From Peribolospora baueri (taxonomy: Eukaryota), in the NCBI GenBank assembly GCA_029717555.1, contig JAMDHS010000002.1, positions 1 to 64,000 of the forward strand: 64,000 nucleotides of DNA. The letters run 5' to 3'. Positions within the stretch are counted from its first letter, which is position 1; each line of letters starts with the position of its first letter. Shown here in pieces: positions 62,057 through 64,000 of the stretch. The position numbers were made by a program, and so were the translations under genes. The notes beneath the pieces were generated by a model. That model did not search any database and was not told the origin of the DNA. It saw only the letters and a list, made by a program, of their open reading frames with translations.

Positions 62057-64000
62057 ATGCCGCGCAAATCAAATAAGCAGCCAACTGACGAGGAGTTAGC
62101 TCGGGAGGCGCCGTTCAAATACACGACCTTCCACGTGGCGCCCGCCATCAATGGCAAGAACGTCTCATCCAACTACCTCAAGACGGACGGTCAAACCTGG
62201 TGGGCCCGGCAGGCAGCCTCGGAAGGGAAAGACGTGCTTCCATATGCTGGAAGGGGAAGGAAGAGGAAGAATCCGCCGCTGGGAAACGCCCAGGCCAGAG
62301 AGGCGCCCTCTGCTTTGGGTGAGGTCGGCGAAGCGGATAAACCCAGCGAAGAGGATGAAGACTCAGAGAGGGTGCGTTCGATTGTTGTTCCTCGTCATTT
62401 GTCTGGATTGGTTTGTTGAGAGACTCATTTCGGGGTTTTTTTTCCCTCCTCTCGTCCCCGAATCTAGGAGGAGGTTGCGCCAGCCGCCCGCACTATGGTC
62501 ATCCACCCAGGCTCCCGCAATTTGCGTATCGGTCGCGCCTCTGATCACGCTCCGCTCATTATTCCTCATGTCATCGCGAGGCGTAAAAGGACAAACGGTC
62601 TGCATGACACAGGTGAAGTGCAGGTGCAGGAGGACAAGGAGGTCGATGGACAGCAGGAGGAGAGGCGGCAGGAAGAGATGGACGTGGAAGAAGGGGAACC
62701 AGTCGACCCGGTGAGTGGGATTTTGAAGTCACTTTTGCTTGCCCACAACGTCTTTTCTGAACGCTCGGCGGCTTGACATGCTCCTCCTGCTTGATAAGCT
62801 TGGCAGAAAGTTCGACGCGATTCGCACCGACCTCCGATCCATCATGCGCTCGATGAAACTGCGCGGCGTCTCCAATGGCAAGGGACTCGCCGCGAGCTAC
62901 AATGAAGGGGTGGAAGAGGTGTTTATTCAAGAACATAACGACCCGTATCCTGTCGAATGGACGAAAGCGGACGGAAAGGATTATGTCGTTGGGGAGGGTG
63001 TGCGTATTCTTACACAGTCAGCGTCCCTTGACGTTCTGCCGCTGATTCCACGAAATTCATTTCCGATGCGTGCGCATCAGGCTTTGCGTCTCCCTTGCTT
63101 CTCCCAGCCAGAGCCGAAGGGCTCTTCATCTGCCGTGAATTCAGAAATCTGGGAGCTCTTCTATCCGCTGCATTGTGGCAACTTCAACTTCGCGGGCTAC
63201 AATAAGGCCTATTCGACCAAGAGTTCCGTGTACCAAGCGTTATTGAATGACCTGGAAACCATATGGACGCATGCCATCGTTCACGATCTAGGCATAGACC
63301 GGAGGGAAATCAAGGCGAGCTGGTTGCGGGAATTTCGTTGGCCCAGGAGAGTTTAACTCACTGCCACGGTCTTTGCTCTTTGCATGCAGACAATGTCGGT
63401 CATTCTCATCGTTCCAGACCTCTTCGACAAGTACTATATCAGAGAGCTCTCCGACCTTTTGCTTGGAAGCATGGGCTTTGCGCAAATCTGCGTTCAACAA
63501 GAGTCCTTGTGCGCCTCGTTCGGTGCGGGTATATCCTCAGCGTGTATTGTCGACGTTGGGGCCACCAGAATCAACGTAGCTTGCGTTGATGAGGGGATGG
63601 TGCTTCCAGAGACCAGGTGAGCAGCGATGTAACGAGTGGATGTTTTGCTTCACCAGTCTCATTTACCGTGCTGTCCCCTTACCGGCTAAAGGATCTCATT
63701 GAGCTATGGAGGAGATGACATCACAGAGATCTGGAGTGAGTCTTCGCATCCTGGCTCTCAGAGCAGAGCAGTCGGATTGATCGTCACTCTCGGTTCGTCA
63801 ACTTCCCAGCTGCGTTGCTCGAGAGAGCCAACTTTCCTTACCGCGAGGTGGATATCCAGAAACGCATGAGCGATCGCATGCTAATGACAGAGTTGAAAGA
63901 GAAGATGAATACGATGAACCCCGTGCGTCTCTCTCTCCTTGTGCAACCTGTGACGGATTAGAGTTGTGCTGATCGCTCTGCAAATGCTTATTTTTGTTCT
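62057..64000 (+). CDS. ARP8: Actin-related protein 8 (INO80 complex), runs off the window
   Basis: INGKNVSSNYLKTDGQ, VIHPGSRNLRIGRASD, VILIVPDLFDK, QESLCASFGAGISSACIVDVGA and LSYGGDDIT. Confidence 0.93.

Noticed and set aside
1..64000. Cryptic peroxisomal PTS1 via TGA-CTA stop readthrough
   Set aside because: The stop contexts I checked (ATP16, RPC4, P450, SMR protein, ACC1) do not show the TGA CTA readthrough motif.

Overview
Gene-dense, GC-rich, intron-rich fungal genomic DNA. Gene content, protein style and GT-AG introns point to a basidiomycete; that placement is inference. About 19 spliced protein-coding genes are visible: the 3' end of a Mgs1/WRNIP1-like ATPase, dynein intermediate chain, Pol III subunit RPC4, a cytochrome P450, Oxr1 (TLDc), a ZFYVE19/ANCHR-like zinc-binding protein, ATP synthase delta, a Sly41-like TPT transporter, a RED-like protein, dipeptidyl-peptidase V, DUF2408/Cub1, RPS29, an atypical Mpk1-family MAP kinase, an elongated Apc13, Paf1, a CCCH-SMR protein, acetyl-CoA carboxylase, the 5' part of Arp8, and two hypothetical proteins. 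The strongest non-coding signal is a highly structured ~1 kb minus-strand region divergent from RPS29. It contains an snR49-like H/ACA snoRNA whose two pockets match 18S rRNA sites equivalent to yeast Psi120/Psi211 and Psi302, a non-canonical H box and a large folded leader. Other points: a MAPK with a T-S-Y activation motif and a long activation-loop insert, a possible cryptic mitochondrial N-terminal extension of ACC1 blocked by one in-frame TGA, and retroelement debris (LINE, gag and LTR-like relics). CDS coordinates are outer start/stop boundaries read by eye, and family calls come from remembered motifs, not database searches.
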